Source of the DNA: an uncultured virus (IMG/VR IMGVR_UViG_3300005405_000008)
Lineage: Duplodnaviria; Heunggongvirae; Uroviricota; Caudoviricetes
Virus record (IMG/VR): IMGVR_UViG_3300005405_000008
Location: 62,001 to 122,175 of that record
DNA: 60,175 nucleotides
Reading direction: 5' to 3' (one strand)
Below the pieces are notes generated by a model, which saw only the letters and a program-made list of their open reading frames with translations, did no database searches and was not told where the DNA came from. This document shows positions 8,366 through 18,540 of this stretch, one piece after another (position 1 is the first letter of the stretch; every line of letters begins with the position of its first letter). Both the position numbers and the translations under genes were made by a program.

Positions 8366-10657
8366 TTAAATTATGTTATGTACGTTATGTATACCTAGTT
8401 TTTCTAGAGCTTCTATAAATTCTTTAATTAACCAAGGTTGTTTTATTACGTCATAAGTAAAATCTATATTGAGTTTAATATTCAATACATCATTTTGATT
8501 TTTCTCTGCCAAATAAATCATTGGATAAAGTGCTTTGTATATTTTATTATTAATATTTTCATCTGTGGTTTCCAAGTAATATATATTACTATCTTTTTTG
8601 TCGTTTAAAAATTTGAATTTAATATATGATATTTCTTTAAGAATATTATTTATTTGCTGTGTTGCATTTAAAAAATTATATCTTGGCAAGTTCTTTGTAC
8701 TATACCCCATATCTCTAAATGATAGATTAATTTTAGGGTTCTTGAAATAAATTGGGAATTTATAATTCAGCATATCTATTTTATTTGATATTTTATAGGA
8801 ATTCATTAAATTCATTATATAAATTTCATCACTTATATCAATTTTACTACTAATTTGAATGATTCCACATTTACTATTATAAAGACACTGTTTGAAATAA
8901 GGACTATAATATGATCTCTTATCACAGTTAATTTTATGTAAGTAATAATCACTGTAAATAATAAATTCTTTATTATTACGATCCTTAAAATATAATAAAT
9001 TATCAAAAAGTTTATCAACAAAATAATTATATTTATATTCGACAATAATATCTTTATTATCTTCAAATATTTGAATAATTTTAAGCAAAATATTATTGAA
9101 TGTAATTTTTTCTTGTTTAATTTCTAATAATATTTTCTCTTGCTCCTCTTTTTCTCGCTCTTCTTTTTTTAGTAATTCAAATTGTTTTTCCTTCTCTATA
9201 TTTTCTTTTTTAATTAAATATTGATTATATCTCACTAACCCCTTATCAATAGTTTCAGATATAAATTTAATCATTTTGACTTCATTATTTTTATCTAATA
9301 TATCCATATCAATTATTTTGTCAAAATATTTCTTATTATCTTTATTGATATGAATTGTATATTCATACTTGACACTATTTTTATTAATATAAATTGAAGC
9401 ATATTTAGTATCATAATAGTCATAATACCAATTAGACTTAGCATACAAAGATATTTCACATGAACTTCCATTCTTCGAAGCAAAAAATTTTAGGTCTTTT
9501 GAATTTGGCACACTATTATATTTCACCTTCAGTATAGATAAAATTTCATCAAATCTATCATAATGTGGAATTAATTTAATAATAACATTAATATTATCAT
9601 ATATTTTAATTAAGTATTCTTCTTTGGTGTATTTAATTAAATTAAAAATCAAAATTAATTCTGGAGAATATGTGTTTTTAATTTGTATAGTATTATATTT
9701 TATATTTTTATACTTTTTCCCCTCTTTTATTTTTTCAATTATAAAATATTCCTCATAAACACCATTTTGAAAATTACCATAATAATCAATTGCTAACTTC
9801 TCAAACAAATCAACCTTATAATTAATATAATCTTCATATATCGGGACACATCTCTTTTTAGATAATATCATGAAAATTAGATCCTTTTCATCATGTTCAG
9901 CATAATCAATATAATCGACCAACTGCTCAATATTGGTTTCTCCTCTTTTATAATTTATTGTTTCCAACCAAAACCAATCAAGTTTTTTAATTCTTTCCCT
10001 TATTTCATTGTCAATAATATTGTTTTTACATATTCTTTCTTTAAATTGTCCAACAGTATCATAATACAAATCATTCTTCTTAGTATTAAAACACTTACCT
10101 TCATAAAACAATGCTCTAAATTCGTATGTGTTTTTGTTAAAACTTGCATCCATGAGCATCTTAATATCAACTTCTACCACTGGATTGCCTAGTTCTAACC
10201 ACTTATCCATATAGTCTTCTACTTTCTTCTTGTTAGTATAATTCATTTCAAAGTAAATACTTTTACCACACTCAGTAATGATGGTAATATCAGGTCTATA
10301 AATACCAAACTCAGTTCTATAAAATTGTTCAATCAACACTTCTTTACATTTATATTTATTCTCAACATCTGTCTTAATAATAAAACTATCTCCATTGAGT
10401 AATATTTTATTCTTGAACCAGTAGTGGATCGCTGACTCGTTACTACATTTACTAGCATCATAATGAGAGAAATGAGCAGATACTTGCGCTACCTTACCAT
10501 CTTTTGTTTTTCCTTCTAAAGCAACAGGTTTGACATCTGATCCGCAAACTGGACATGTGTATTTCTTATTCCTATCTTCTTCTACCATATCAAATATAAT
10601 TGCAATATCACCATTCTCATTATTTGCCCAAAATAATTGTACATCGCTGTTAATCAA
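8366..10657 (-). CDS. CoiA-like zinc finger plus PD-(D/E)XK nuclease with long C-terminal region
   Basis: YTCPVC, HFSH, ESAIH, RPDI, YFEMNYT motifs. Confidence 0.7.
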   Translation of the reverse strand: MINSDVQLFWANNENGDIAIIFDMVEEDRNKKYTCPVCGSDVKPVALEGKTKDGKVAQVSAHFSHYDASKCSNESAIHYWFKNKILLNGDSFIIKTDVENKYKCKEVLIEQFYRTEFGIYRPDITIITECGKSIYFEMNYTNKKKVEDYMDKWLELGNPVVEVDIKMLMDASFNKNTYEFRALFYEGKCFNTKKNDLYYDTVGQFKERICKNNIIDNEIRERIKKLDWFWLETINYKRGETNIEQLVDYIDYAEHDEKDLIFMILSKKRCVPIYEDYINYKVDLFEKLAIDYYGNFQNGVYEEYFIIEKIKEGKKYKNIKYNTIQIKNTYSPELILIFNLIKYTKEEYLIKIYDNINVIIKLIPHYDRFDEILSILKVKYNSVPNSKDLKFFASKNGSSCEISLYAKSNWYYDYYDTKYASIYINKNSVKYEYTIHINKDNKKYFDKIIDMDILDKNNEVKMIKFISETIDKGLVRYNQYLIKKENIEKEKQFELLKKEEREKEEQEKILLEIKQEKITFNNILLKIIQIFEDNKDIIVEYKYNYFVDKLFDNLLYFKDRNNKEFIIYSDYYLHKINCDKRSYYSPYFKQCLYNSKCGIIQISSKIDISDEIYIMNLMNSYKISNKIDMLNYKFPIYFKNPKINLSFRDMGYSTKNLPRYNFLNATQQINNILKEISYIKFKFLNDKKDSNIYYLETTDENINNKIYKALYPMIYLAEKNQNDVLNIKLNIDFTYDVIKQPWLIKEFIEALEKLGIHNVHNII

Positions 10658-11094
10658 TTAATTATTCCTCCGTCTTTCTTATTATACTCTTCTAAACCCT
10701 CTACCCATTCCAACACAACAATTGCGTTTTTATAAAGTTGTTTACTCAACTCCATAAGACTTAATTTTTCATCAAAATATCTTAGAATTGAAACTTTTCC
10801 TTCATCGAATTTAATATGAGGATACATATCTTGATCATGCTTATATCCTTCAGGCAAGCAAGGAAGAGAAGTATAATCTTCAAAGTATATATAACTATGC
10901 AAACCACCATTTCCAGCAACATGACCGCTACAACAGTATCTAGTCTCATAACCTTTTCTATTCAACTCTGCAATAATTGGTACAAATAATTCATCAACTT
11001 CTACAACATCTCCGTAGCAATCTTTAACCTTACACATGTTATTCTTTATTGTCTTTTGGTTATAAACTTTATAGCAATTTAAACATAAAAGCAT
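10654..11094 (-). CDS. Hypothetical Cys-rich phage protein
   Basis: CLNC and LNRKGYETRYCCSGH motifs; RBS. Confidence 0.75.
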   Translation of the reverse strand: MLLCLNCYKVYNQKTIKNNMCKVKDCYGDVVEVDELFVPIIAELNRKGYETRYCCSGHVAGNGGLHSYIYFEDYTSLPCLPEGYKHDQDMYPHIKFDEGKVSILRYFDEKLSLMELSKQLYKNAIVVLEWVEGLEEYNKKDGGIIN

Positions 11095-11316
11095 ATATTA
11101 TATTACTCCTTATTATATTATTATCTAAACTAAACAGGGGTAGGAGAGTACAAAACTCTCCCAATAACCATATAAAATTGATCTTTTAACTATTATTCTA
11201 ATTTGGACTTTTCTCGCAATTTTTCATACAATACATTTGCCCAATCCTAACATCATCACATTTATCTAATGGTATAATATGCCACTTTAATATAATAACT
11301 TGATTCATAATACAGT

Positions 11317-11577
11317 TTACATCTCCTTTCTTTTACTCTTACCATGCCAACCAAACCTCTTAACCTCACCCTGAAACCAAATCTGATTTACAAATGGTTC
11401 ATCTGAATACCTAGCACAAAAATGATAATAATTATTATTATCTCTCAAATCCAACCAATAAAAATGAGGCCATTTAAATTGAAATACTTCTAACCATGAA
11501 CCACGCATATGTATCTTTGTACTCAATGGGTGTTTTATATATTGCTTCATTGCTCCTAATAAGCAGTTACTTTTCAT
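11317..11577 (-). CDS. Hypothetical protein
   Basis: 86 aa ORF with AGGAG RBS. Confidence 0.65.
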   Translation of the reverse strand: MKSNCLLGAMKQYIKHPLSTKIHMRGSWLEVFQFKWPHFYWLDLRDNNNYYHFCARYSDEPFVNQIWFQGEVKRFGWHGKSKRKEM

Positions 11578-11589
11578 TATTATTTTCTC

Positions 11590-11832
11590 CTATAGATCCA
11601 TACATTTTACAACATTATTATAATCCTTTGAACACGACTTACATAAATAGTTACCCGAATCTAAATCAACATATATGTACTTTATATTTGTCATATGTTT
11701 ATAGCACGAAGAACATTCCTCTTCTACATAATCTAATTCTATATTATTACTATTATCACAAACTGCTGAAATATTATGCTGTCTTTGTTGCTGTGTCATC
11801 TGTAACGTCCTCCGAAGCTGTAATAAACTCAC
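11590..11832 (-). CDS. Small Cys-rich hypothetical protein (start uncertain)
   Basis: CSSC and CKSC pairs. Confidence 0.45.
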   Translation of the reverse strand: MSLLQLRRTLQMTQQQRQHNISAVCDNSNNIELDYVEEECSSCYKHMTNIKYIYVDLDSGNYLCKSCSKDYNNVVKCMDL

Positions 11833-12193
11833 TAATAGAATTTGTGTAATCTTCCAGTATCAATTCAATTTCTTCTCCAATTAACTCAAACAACTCATTT
11901 TCAACAGGAAAGTTACCAATATGATAAGATTGTGTATGATATTTATCCTCTTTTATGTATAAACCTTCAAACCCATTTAATTCTTTAATTCTGCTTATTG
12001 AATGCCCATTGACACAAACCTTACCGCAAATTCTTACTAATTTCTTAATAGCATTTTTAGAATTGTAAATTATATCTAATATATCTGTAAGTGACACTTC
12101 TTTATTTGTACTAGGACAGTGGATAAGATAATTCATTCTTGATAAATCATTCTCATCTAAAATAACTTGACCTTTTAACAAAATTGATTGCAT
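11774..12193 (-). CDS. Hypothetical protein
   Basis: 139 aa ORF with GAGG RBS. Confidence 0.7.
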   Translation of the reverse strand: MQSILLKGQVILDENDLSRMNYLIHCPSTNKEVSLTDILDIIYNSKNAIKKLVRICGKVCVNGHSISRIKELNGFEGLYIKEDKYHTQSYHIGNFPVENELFELIGEEIELILEDYTNSISEFITASEDVTDDTATKTA

Positions 12194-12481
12194 TTGTAAA
12201 ACCTCTTTCTATTTATTATTTTATTTTTATTCTTATACAAAATCTAAGAAAATATTAGGGTTAAGTTAAAGAAAATTGATTATTTATAATAATTCTAATA
12301 AAACCTTGAAACCCTTATGAGAGTGGGAATACGTGTTATTTAGAATTATTACACATTGCATATATTTCAGTCTAGGTTGAGTTTAAATTAGTCAATGGTA
12401 AGATTGTGTCAAATCAAAACATCAAAAGATTATAGGGTCTATAATTATTGATTTGTTATATATCTTACATTTTAGTTATAT

Positions 12482-12883
12482 TTATTTTTTACCTTTATCA
12501 AATTCTTCTTTAAGTTTTGCTTTTAGTTTATCCGCTTTTAATTTTAATTTATAATCTTTAAGTTGCTGATTACTACCCATAGTTTGAATTTTAACGATTT
12601 TATGTACATTATGTATATTTTCTTCATTAAACAAAAGAACCGCTTCTTCACAAACTTCGCTACTAATATATTCCCATACTTTTATACCTGCTGATTCAAA
12701 TTTTGGCATTAGATTATTTACTGTACTTGCTCCAGATGGAAGAAACATTGCTAATATAGAATCAGAATAACGATATATTTGATTGTTTTTGAATTTAAGG
12801 TAATTATCATCTTTATTTTTTGATATTTTACCATCTAAATTGGTCTGATGTTCTATGTAATAAGTTCCAATGTATTTGTAAAT
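12482..12883 (-). CDS. Hypothetical protein, probable ATT start
   Basis: Frame is open 45 codons upstream of the ATG at 12748, to an ATT 8 nt after GAGGTG. Confidence 0.6.
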   Translation of the reverse strand: MYKYIGTYYIEHQTNLDGKISKNKDDNYLKFKNNQIYRYSDSILAMFLPSGASTVNNLMPKFESAGIKVWEYISSEVCEEAVLLFNEENIHNVHKIVKIQTMGSNQQLKDYKLKLKADKLKAKLKEEFDKGKK

Positions 12884-12911
12884 TTTATTTTCACCTCTTT
12901 TATTATTTTAA

Positions 12912-13184
12912 TTATCTTTTCTTATCAACTTTAAAATTACCTCTAATTGTAGTACCATCCTCAAACATTATATATCCATCTTCATACCCGTGACCACAAC
13001 AAGCATTTTTAACTCCTGGTAATTTACCTAAACAAGCATCATAACCTTCTTTAGTTGGTAATTGTCCACATCTTTTACATGGTCTTGGATTATTTTCTAC
13101 AGGTTCTTTAGTGTCAACATAGATCCATTGTTCATTTTCAACATTATAAGTAATTTGATATCCTTTTTCTTGGGCAGTAATCAT
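12912..13184 (-). CDS. Cys-rich hypothetical protein
   Basis: CKRC, DACLG, ACCGHG motifs. Confidence 0.75.
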   Translation of the reverse strand: MITAQEKGYQITYNVENEQWIYVDTKEPVENNPRPCKRCGQLPTKEGYDACLGKLPGVKNACCGHGYEDGYIMFEDGTTIRGNFKVDKKR

Positions 13185-13381
13185 ATTTTCATCACCTCTT
13201 TTCTATGTAAAATTTAGAGTAGGGGATAGGTATGATTGTTTGTGTGGGTATGAATTGTAAACATACCCCGTCCCTTATCTGTGTATGTGATGTGGTATTT
13301 GGATTGGATTGGTATATATCTAATTTAACATTCTGTGTACTTAATGTCAAGAAAATATTTTATTTTTGTACTTATAGGAGA

Positions 13382-15166
13382 TTAATTATGTAATTCGTGT
13401 CCCATGTCTTTATATCTCATTAGTAAATATCGTTTAATACTATCGCTGAGTTCTATTTGACCCTTACAACGACTTATTGCAACATATATGATAAAAATTT
13501 CCTCTGATATATCTTTTTTAACCTTCTTTTTATCATTAAAATCCTCTTCTTTTTTAAAATATTTATTTCTATAAGTAACTTCTAAATCTAGATGATCATT
13601 ACTAATATAAACAGGAGTGTCTATAGTAAGACCTTTCGCCTTGTGACATGTCGAAAATATAATATCAGCTTTATTTTTATCTGTAACAGTATTATTTTTA
13701 ATTCCATCTACAATATCAATAATACGTGAACCATATTTATCTACCATTCTAATCAATGATAAAAGTTCAATTTCTTCAATTTCCTCCGCATACGTTTTCA
13801 TAGTATGGTAGTCTTCAAACTTAGCAAATAATTTATTCTTTGTAGGATGACCTTGGCTGAAATAATAGCATTGTTTAAGTGAATCAAATGAATAAGATGA
13901 AAAACCTCCAACAAAGAAAAGCTTTTTATTTTTATCTTCGCTTAATACTTCAGCAATTTCTGCAAATATGTAAGCATTAGTTCTACATAAACAGGCATAA
14001 GGTTTTGATTTATCTATAGCATCTACTATTGTTTGCTTGGTATTAAATCCTTTCATTTTAATATTGTCACCAATGAAATCTGATATGATTAGGTTTTCTA
14101 TATGTGCAATATTATTAGATACTCTAAATGATGTTGTGAGTTTATATTCTTTAGCATCAAACATTGGCATAATATTTACCGCTTTTTTCCATCCATTAAT
14201 TTTTTGATAAGGATCTCCTACAGTCACAAGACCTTTAACATTAGAGTTTTTAAGTATATCAAACATCATTTTAGAAGAATCTTGACATTCATCAAGCATA
14301 ATAATATCATATTTGTTTGATAAATCTGTGCGACTTAAATGAAACATCTTCAAATAATCATCGTGACTAATTTTGACAGAATTCTTATATTTCTTTTTAA
14401 GTTCCCATAATCTTTCACTTAATGCTAATATTTTACCTCTCATATCATCTTCTTTAAATATTTCTAAGTCACTAAAAGTTTCTGCTGACGACAGTGAGTA
14501 TTCCTTCATCATTGCGTTGATCTTAACTGCAAGTTCCATATCTTTGTCCCAATTAAGATTTAAATCTTTAATAATATCTACAACACCATAATTAAATGTC
14601 AATTTATCTCTATAGAATTTTCCAGAATAATTATAGCCGAGCGAATGTATAGTACGTATTTCTACGTGTCGTTGTGATTTAAACATTTTTTCACTTTCTA
14701 ATTGCATTGATTTGTTATATACTAGGTAGAGAATTTTACTGAAAGGGTGTTCTTTGCTATAGTAATATAGGGTCGTAGATTTACTACTCCCTGTAAGAGC
14801 TGATACCTTAACCCTATCCTCTGTACTAAAGATAATATCCTTTTGCTCCTGAGTTAAATAATAGTCATCTTCTGACATATAATCAGACATTTCTACTTCT
14901 ACATCATCAAATTGTTTACTATAAAACTCTGTAGATAAAATATCTGTATCAGATTGTTGGAAGATAGATTTATCTTCTTTGATTATTAGTTTCATTTTTA
15001 TTTCACAATTTGTTGCGTCAACGTTAGGAGGGTGTGAATAGAATTGTCTTTGAGCACCAAAGTTACGGGTTAATACTTCTTTACAGACAGGGCATGTGTA
15101 TGTTGATGTGGATTGGGACTCAATAATATCTATAAGTTTGTGGTTTTCATCATATGCTTTTTTCAT
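13382..15166 (-). CDS. SF1 (UvrD-like) DNA helicase with N-terminal zinc finger
   Basis: ALTGSSKST, LVYNK, TIHSL, LDECQD, VGDPYQKI, SFR, STCHKAKG, YVAISR motifs. Confidence 0.88.
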   Translation of the reverse strand: MKKAYDENHKLIDIIESQSTSTYTCPVCKEVLTRNFGAQRQFYSHPPNVDATNCEIKMKLIIKEDKSIFQQSDTDILSTEFYSKQFDDVEVEMSDYMSEDDYYLTQEQKDIIFSTEDRVKVSALTGSSKSTTLYYYSKEHPFSKILYLVYNKSMQLESEKMFKSQRHVEIRTIHSLGYNYSGKFYRDKLTFNYGVVDIIKDLNLNWDKDMELAVKINAMMKEYSLSSAETFSDLEIFKEDDMRGKILALSERLWELKKKYKNSVKISHDDYLKMFHLSRTDLSNKYDIIMLDECQDSSKMMFDILKNSNVKGLVTVGDPYQKINGWKKAVNIMPMFDAKEYKLTTSFRVSNNIAHIENLIISDFIGDNIKMKGFNTKQTIVDAIDKSKPYACLCRTNAYIFAEIAEVLSEDKNKKLFFVGGFSSYSFDSLKQCYYFSQGHPTKNKLFAKFEDYHTMKTYAEEIEEIELLSLIRMVDKYGSRIIDIVDGIKNNTVTDKNKADIIFSTCHKAKGLTIDTPVYISNDHLDLEVTYRNKYFKKEEDFNDKKKVKKDISEEIFIIYVAISRCKGQIELSDSIKRYLLMRYKDMGHELHN

Positions 15167-15196
15167 TTATTTTTCTCCTTAATATTATTATGGTTA

Positions 15197-16231
15197 TTAT
15201 ATTACTTTTTCTAATTTATTATTTAATATATTACAATAATATAATAAATCATTTTTAATTTTTAAATCGATATTACTTATAATTATTTCAATCATTCTTT
15301 CATCTTTACAATTTTCTAATGTATGTATAGTATTGTGACAATTAGGACAAATCAATATTAAATTTTCAATAGAATTATCTTCTGTGTCGGCATATTTATG
15401 TATATGATGTGGAATCAATATTCCTTCAAGTCCTATTCCTCCCCAATGACAAATTTCACATTTTCCATTAGTTTTATTTATTAAATGTTTAATTGTAGTC
15501 TGAGGAATTGATTTTCTATAATCTTTTTTGTTTGTCTTAATTGGTTTTATCTCTTCAGTAAGTTTTTGAATATCAGTGTTGGTTGCTGATACTTTATCTT
15601 TTTGAGGATTGGTATTTGCTTTATCTCCTAAAAGAGAAGTAAGTTCTGTGAGTAGAGATTGTTGTTCTGATGGATCTAATTTTGAACAGATACCTAGTGC
15701 TGCTGTTTTAGATATAAATCCTTTATCTAATGCTTGTTTAAGTTCTGGAATAAGGTTTCGTTCAAGCGATAGAATATTTTGTAGATCACGAACAGATATA
15801 TTTAATTCTTTTGCTATTTCTTTATGTGTTTTCAGAGTATCATCTTGATATTCTGATTTTCTATCACCTCCATTCTTATTCCCAACTAAATCAACATACT
15901 CAGCAACAGCTTTCCTCATCTTGGCAGGATCATTACTTAATCTACCAAAGTTAGCTGCTATTAATTGCCTAAGTTTTAAATCCTCATTAATAAGTTCTTC
16001 CCTAATAATTGCAGGAATTAATTCTATACCTAAGTCAACACATGCTTTATATCTTTGGTTGCCAGATACTATTACCATGTCAGGTGCTACTACAATAGGG
16101 GTAATAATACCATCTTCTTGAATGGACTTTTTAAATTGTTTATATGTATCACCTTCAATATCATCAAAGAATTCTAGATTTCTTGGGTGAACCTTTAGAG
16201 AATTTACTGATAGTTTTGTTATTTGTTCCAT
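15197..16231 (-). CDS. ParB/Srx-like domain + HTH + C-terminal HNH nuclease
   Basis: LKVHPRN, SIQEDGIITPIVV, SGNQRYKA; C-terminal CEIC...HHI...N...NL..ICPNCH. Confidence 0.8.
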   Translation of the reverse strand: MEQITKLSVNSLKVHPRNLEFFDDIEGDTYKQFKKSIQEDGIITPIVVAPDMVIVSGNQRYKACVDLGIELIPAIIREELINEDLKLRQLIAANFGRLSNDPAKMRKAVAEYVDLVGNKNGGDRKSEYQDDTLKTHKEIAKELNISVRDLQNILSLERNLIPELKQALDKGFISKTAALGICSKLDPSEQQSLLTELTSLLGDKANTNPQKDKVSATNTDIQKLTEEIKPIKTNKKDYRKSIPQTTIKHLINKTNGKCEICHWGGIGLEGILIPHHIHKYADTEDNSIENLILICPNCHNTIHTLENCKDERMIEIIISNIDLKIKNDLLYYCNILNNKLEKVI

Positions 16232-16395
16232 TTATTTTTCTTCTCCTTTTAATTATATTTTATTTTCATATTTATATGTGGCTTTAAAATGAGTTTAGTT
16301 ATGTAAATCCGCTCAAAATTATTCCAACCTTTCTTAAGAATTTTCTCCATATGTAGTATATATCATTTATAACATATATGTCAATATTTATTTTA

Positions 16396-17769
16396 TCATT
16401 TATCCTCATTTCTTTCATTCAATTCATCCTCAATTTGTTGTAATACATCTATAGGTATTTGTGACCGATTTAATTCTTCTATTTCTTGTAATGATTTTTG
16501 TTCTTCATCTGTAAGTTCATTAATATCCCAATAATCATTTTCTTCATTATTCCAATCACAATCAAACATATCTAAATCTTCATCACTTATTTCTGGTAAG
16601 GGTAGTGGTTTAGGATTCTTATTCTGAAGTCCTCTGGGTTTAGGTTTGTTTAATTCTTCAATTCTTTTTTCCTCATCTTCAGATGCCCTATCTGCTTTTC
16701 TTTCACATCCCATATTTGTATATATCTCGGATAATTCTTGATTAGGGTTATCTGCTAATAATTTATCTTCTTCAAGTTTTCTAATATCTACTTCGTTATC
16801 ATATTCTACTTTCCATTTTTCTTGCTGTCTTTTTAATTTTGCTAATTCCTTCTTTTGTGTTTGAGTCAATGTAGAATCTATAGATAATTTCTCTAACATA
16901 TTTATTTTTTGTGTCACAGACCTTTTCTCGTTTGCAGATATTTCTTTATCTTTAGTTAAGAACTCCCATCCATTAGCTTTTTTCCTACTTTTAAATAAAG
17001 ATATTGCATGTTCCAACTCCAATTCCCACTGTGGTTTAAATAAAGCATATGTAAAATTAGATTTTCTTCTAAGAGGTTGTGCTCCATTAATATTGAATAT
17101 CATATCTCCTGCACAATCATATCTAATAAGATCCAATTCAACCAATGTATCTATGTATTGTTTAAGTGTCTTATCAGATTCTATAAATATATCTTTCATT
17201 ATTGTATCATAAGAAGGATATGCCACTTCTGGTACTCTTTCAGCAGGAGAAACATCATTATCATTTCTCCACATTCTACTTTTAAGATTACAAAATAGAT
17301 TAAGTAAGTTGTATTTATCTAAATTTCCTGAATAAGACATGATTGAATTGTATTCAGAATCTTTAAGTATAAAGAAATTTGTTTTATATTTGTTACCATC
17401 TTTATCTTCTTTATAATCATATATGTTTAGTTTTATAATGATAAAATCACTAGAATTTAAGGATAAGATATTAATTTCATTATACAAACTAATTAATGAA
17501 TTTTTACTCAATTCAGATAAAAAATCTTTAAAATATATTCTTTCACGTTTGATATTATTTTCTACATTTAATAACCACATAATCATATCTATAGATAAAT
17601 GAATATCTTCTCTGAGATTTTGTAGTTCTAATAGCTGTTTAAGGTATGCTACTGATCTTTTACCAAATAATTGTATGTAACTATCTTTATTTATTTTATC
17701 AACTGTAATATTTTGAACTACGTTATTAGGCATCATTATCCAATTATCATTGGAATTATTATCATTCAT
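16396..17769 (-). CDS. Putative replication initiator (winged-helix) with acidic tail
   Basis: AYPSYDTIMKD...TLKQYIDTLVELDLI wHTH-like segment; iteron-like repeats directly upstream. Confidence 0.5.
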   Translation of the reverse strand: MNDNNSNDNWIMMPNNVVQNITVDKINKDSYIQLFGKRSVAYLKQLLELQNLREDIHLSIDMIMWLLNVENNIKRERIYFKDFLSELSKNSLISLYNEINILSLNSSDFIIIKLNIYDYKEDKDGNKYKTNFFILKDSEYNSIMSYSGNLDKYNLLNLFCNLKSRMWRNDNDVSPAERVPEVAYPSYDTIMKDIFIESDKTLKQYIDTLVELDLIRYDCAGDMIFNINGAQPLRRKSNFTYALFKPQWELELEHAISLFKSRKKANGWEFLTKDKEISANEKRSVTQKINMLEKLSIDSTLTQTQKKELAKLKRQQEKWKVEYDNEVDIRKLEEDKLLADNPNQELSEIYTNMGCERKADRASEDEEKRIEELNKPKPRGLQNKNPKPLPLPEISDEDLDMFDCDWNNEENDYWDINELTDEEQKSLQEIEELNRSQIPIDVLQQIEDELNERNEDK

Positions 17770-17838
17770 TTGTTAATAACCTCTTTCATTTGTTAAGGGT
17801 AAACCCTGAAACACGCATTAGATAGGAGTGTATTAGCA

Positions 17839-18012
17839 ACTGTTCCCGTTAGGTACAGTAACTTGAAGTGTAAAAGTGACTTAGTGTACCTGTTGGGTAC
17901 AGTAAGTACAAGTGTGTTTGGAATTACAGTACCAATTTTGGTACTCCATATAAGTGTAATAAGAGTATACTAATATAATAATAAGAAAAGAATAATAATA
18001 TAATAAGAGTAC
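17839..18012. repeat. Iteron-like palindromic repeats plus AT-rich repeats (candidate origin)
   Basis: GTACC-N5/6-GGTAC-type units at about 17839, 17883 and 17926 (~44 bp spacing), then three TAATAAGA repeats. Confidence 0.55.
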
Positions 18013-18092
18013 ACTAAGTATTGTAAATCACCGATAAATCGGATGATTTAATTTTATTATAATTATTTTACTCCTATTTTATTTCTATTATA

Positions 18093-18296
18093 TTATTTAT
18101 TAATATTTTTAATTAATTTATAATCATTTATTGCGTTAATTAATTCATATGTATTGTTAAATAGAAATATATTTCTTTTTGTATTCTGGGTGGTATCTGG
18201 TTTTATTCCTTTAAGTACAAATCCTCTCATCATAAGATAACCTGCTAATTTTTGAGATTTAATATCTATAGATGGATTAGTGTTTATTGTTTGCAT
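18093..18296 (-). CDS. DUF5659-like small protein
   Basis: SQKLAGYLMMRGF...NIFLF motif. Confidence 0.7.
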   Translation of the reverse strand: MQTINTNPSIDIKSQKLAGYLMMRGFVLKGIKPDTTQNTKRNIFLFNNTYELINAINDYKLIKNINK

Positions 18297-18540
18297 TGGT
18301 TTTTACCACCTTTGATTAGAATTTAATTTGTCATGATATTGATTGTTTTAAATAATTTTATTTTCATTCTTATATAAGCTATGTAAATAAACCCAATAAT
18401 ATTTAGTTGTGCTTGTATTATTTTTATTATTTATCTCACCTCCTTTCAAATGTATTCCCAGAGAATTATCCCTGTATCCCTGACTTTATAATATTGTGTA
18501 CTTAATGTCAAATATTTTATATTTATTTATATTTATTGGG

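Noticed and set aside
1269..17298. Plus-strand ORFs in the left arm (e.g. 1269, 1722, 2620, 2863, 9893, 14373, 15609)
   Set aside because: Antisense shadows of longer minus-strand genes; no RBS or recognisable motifs
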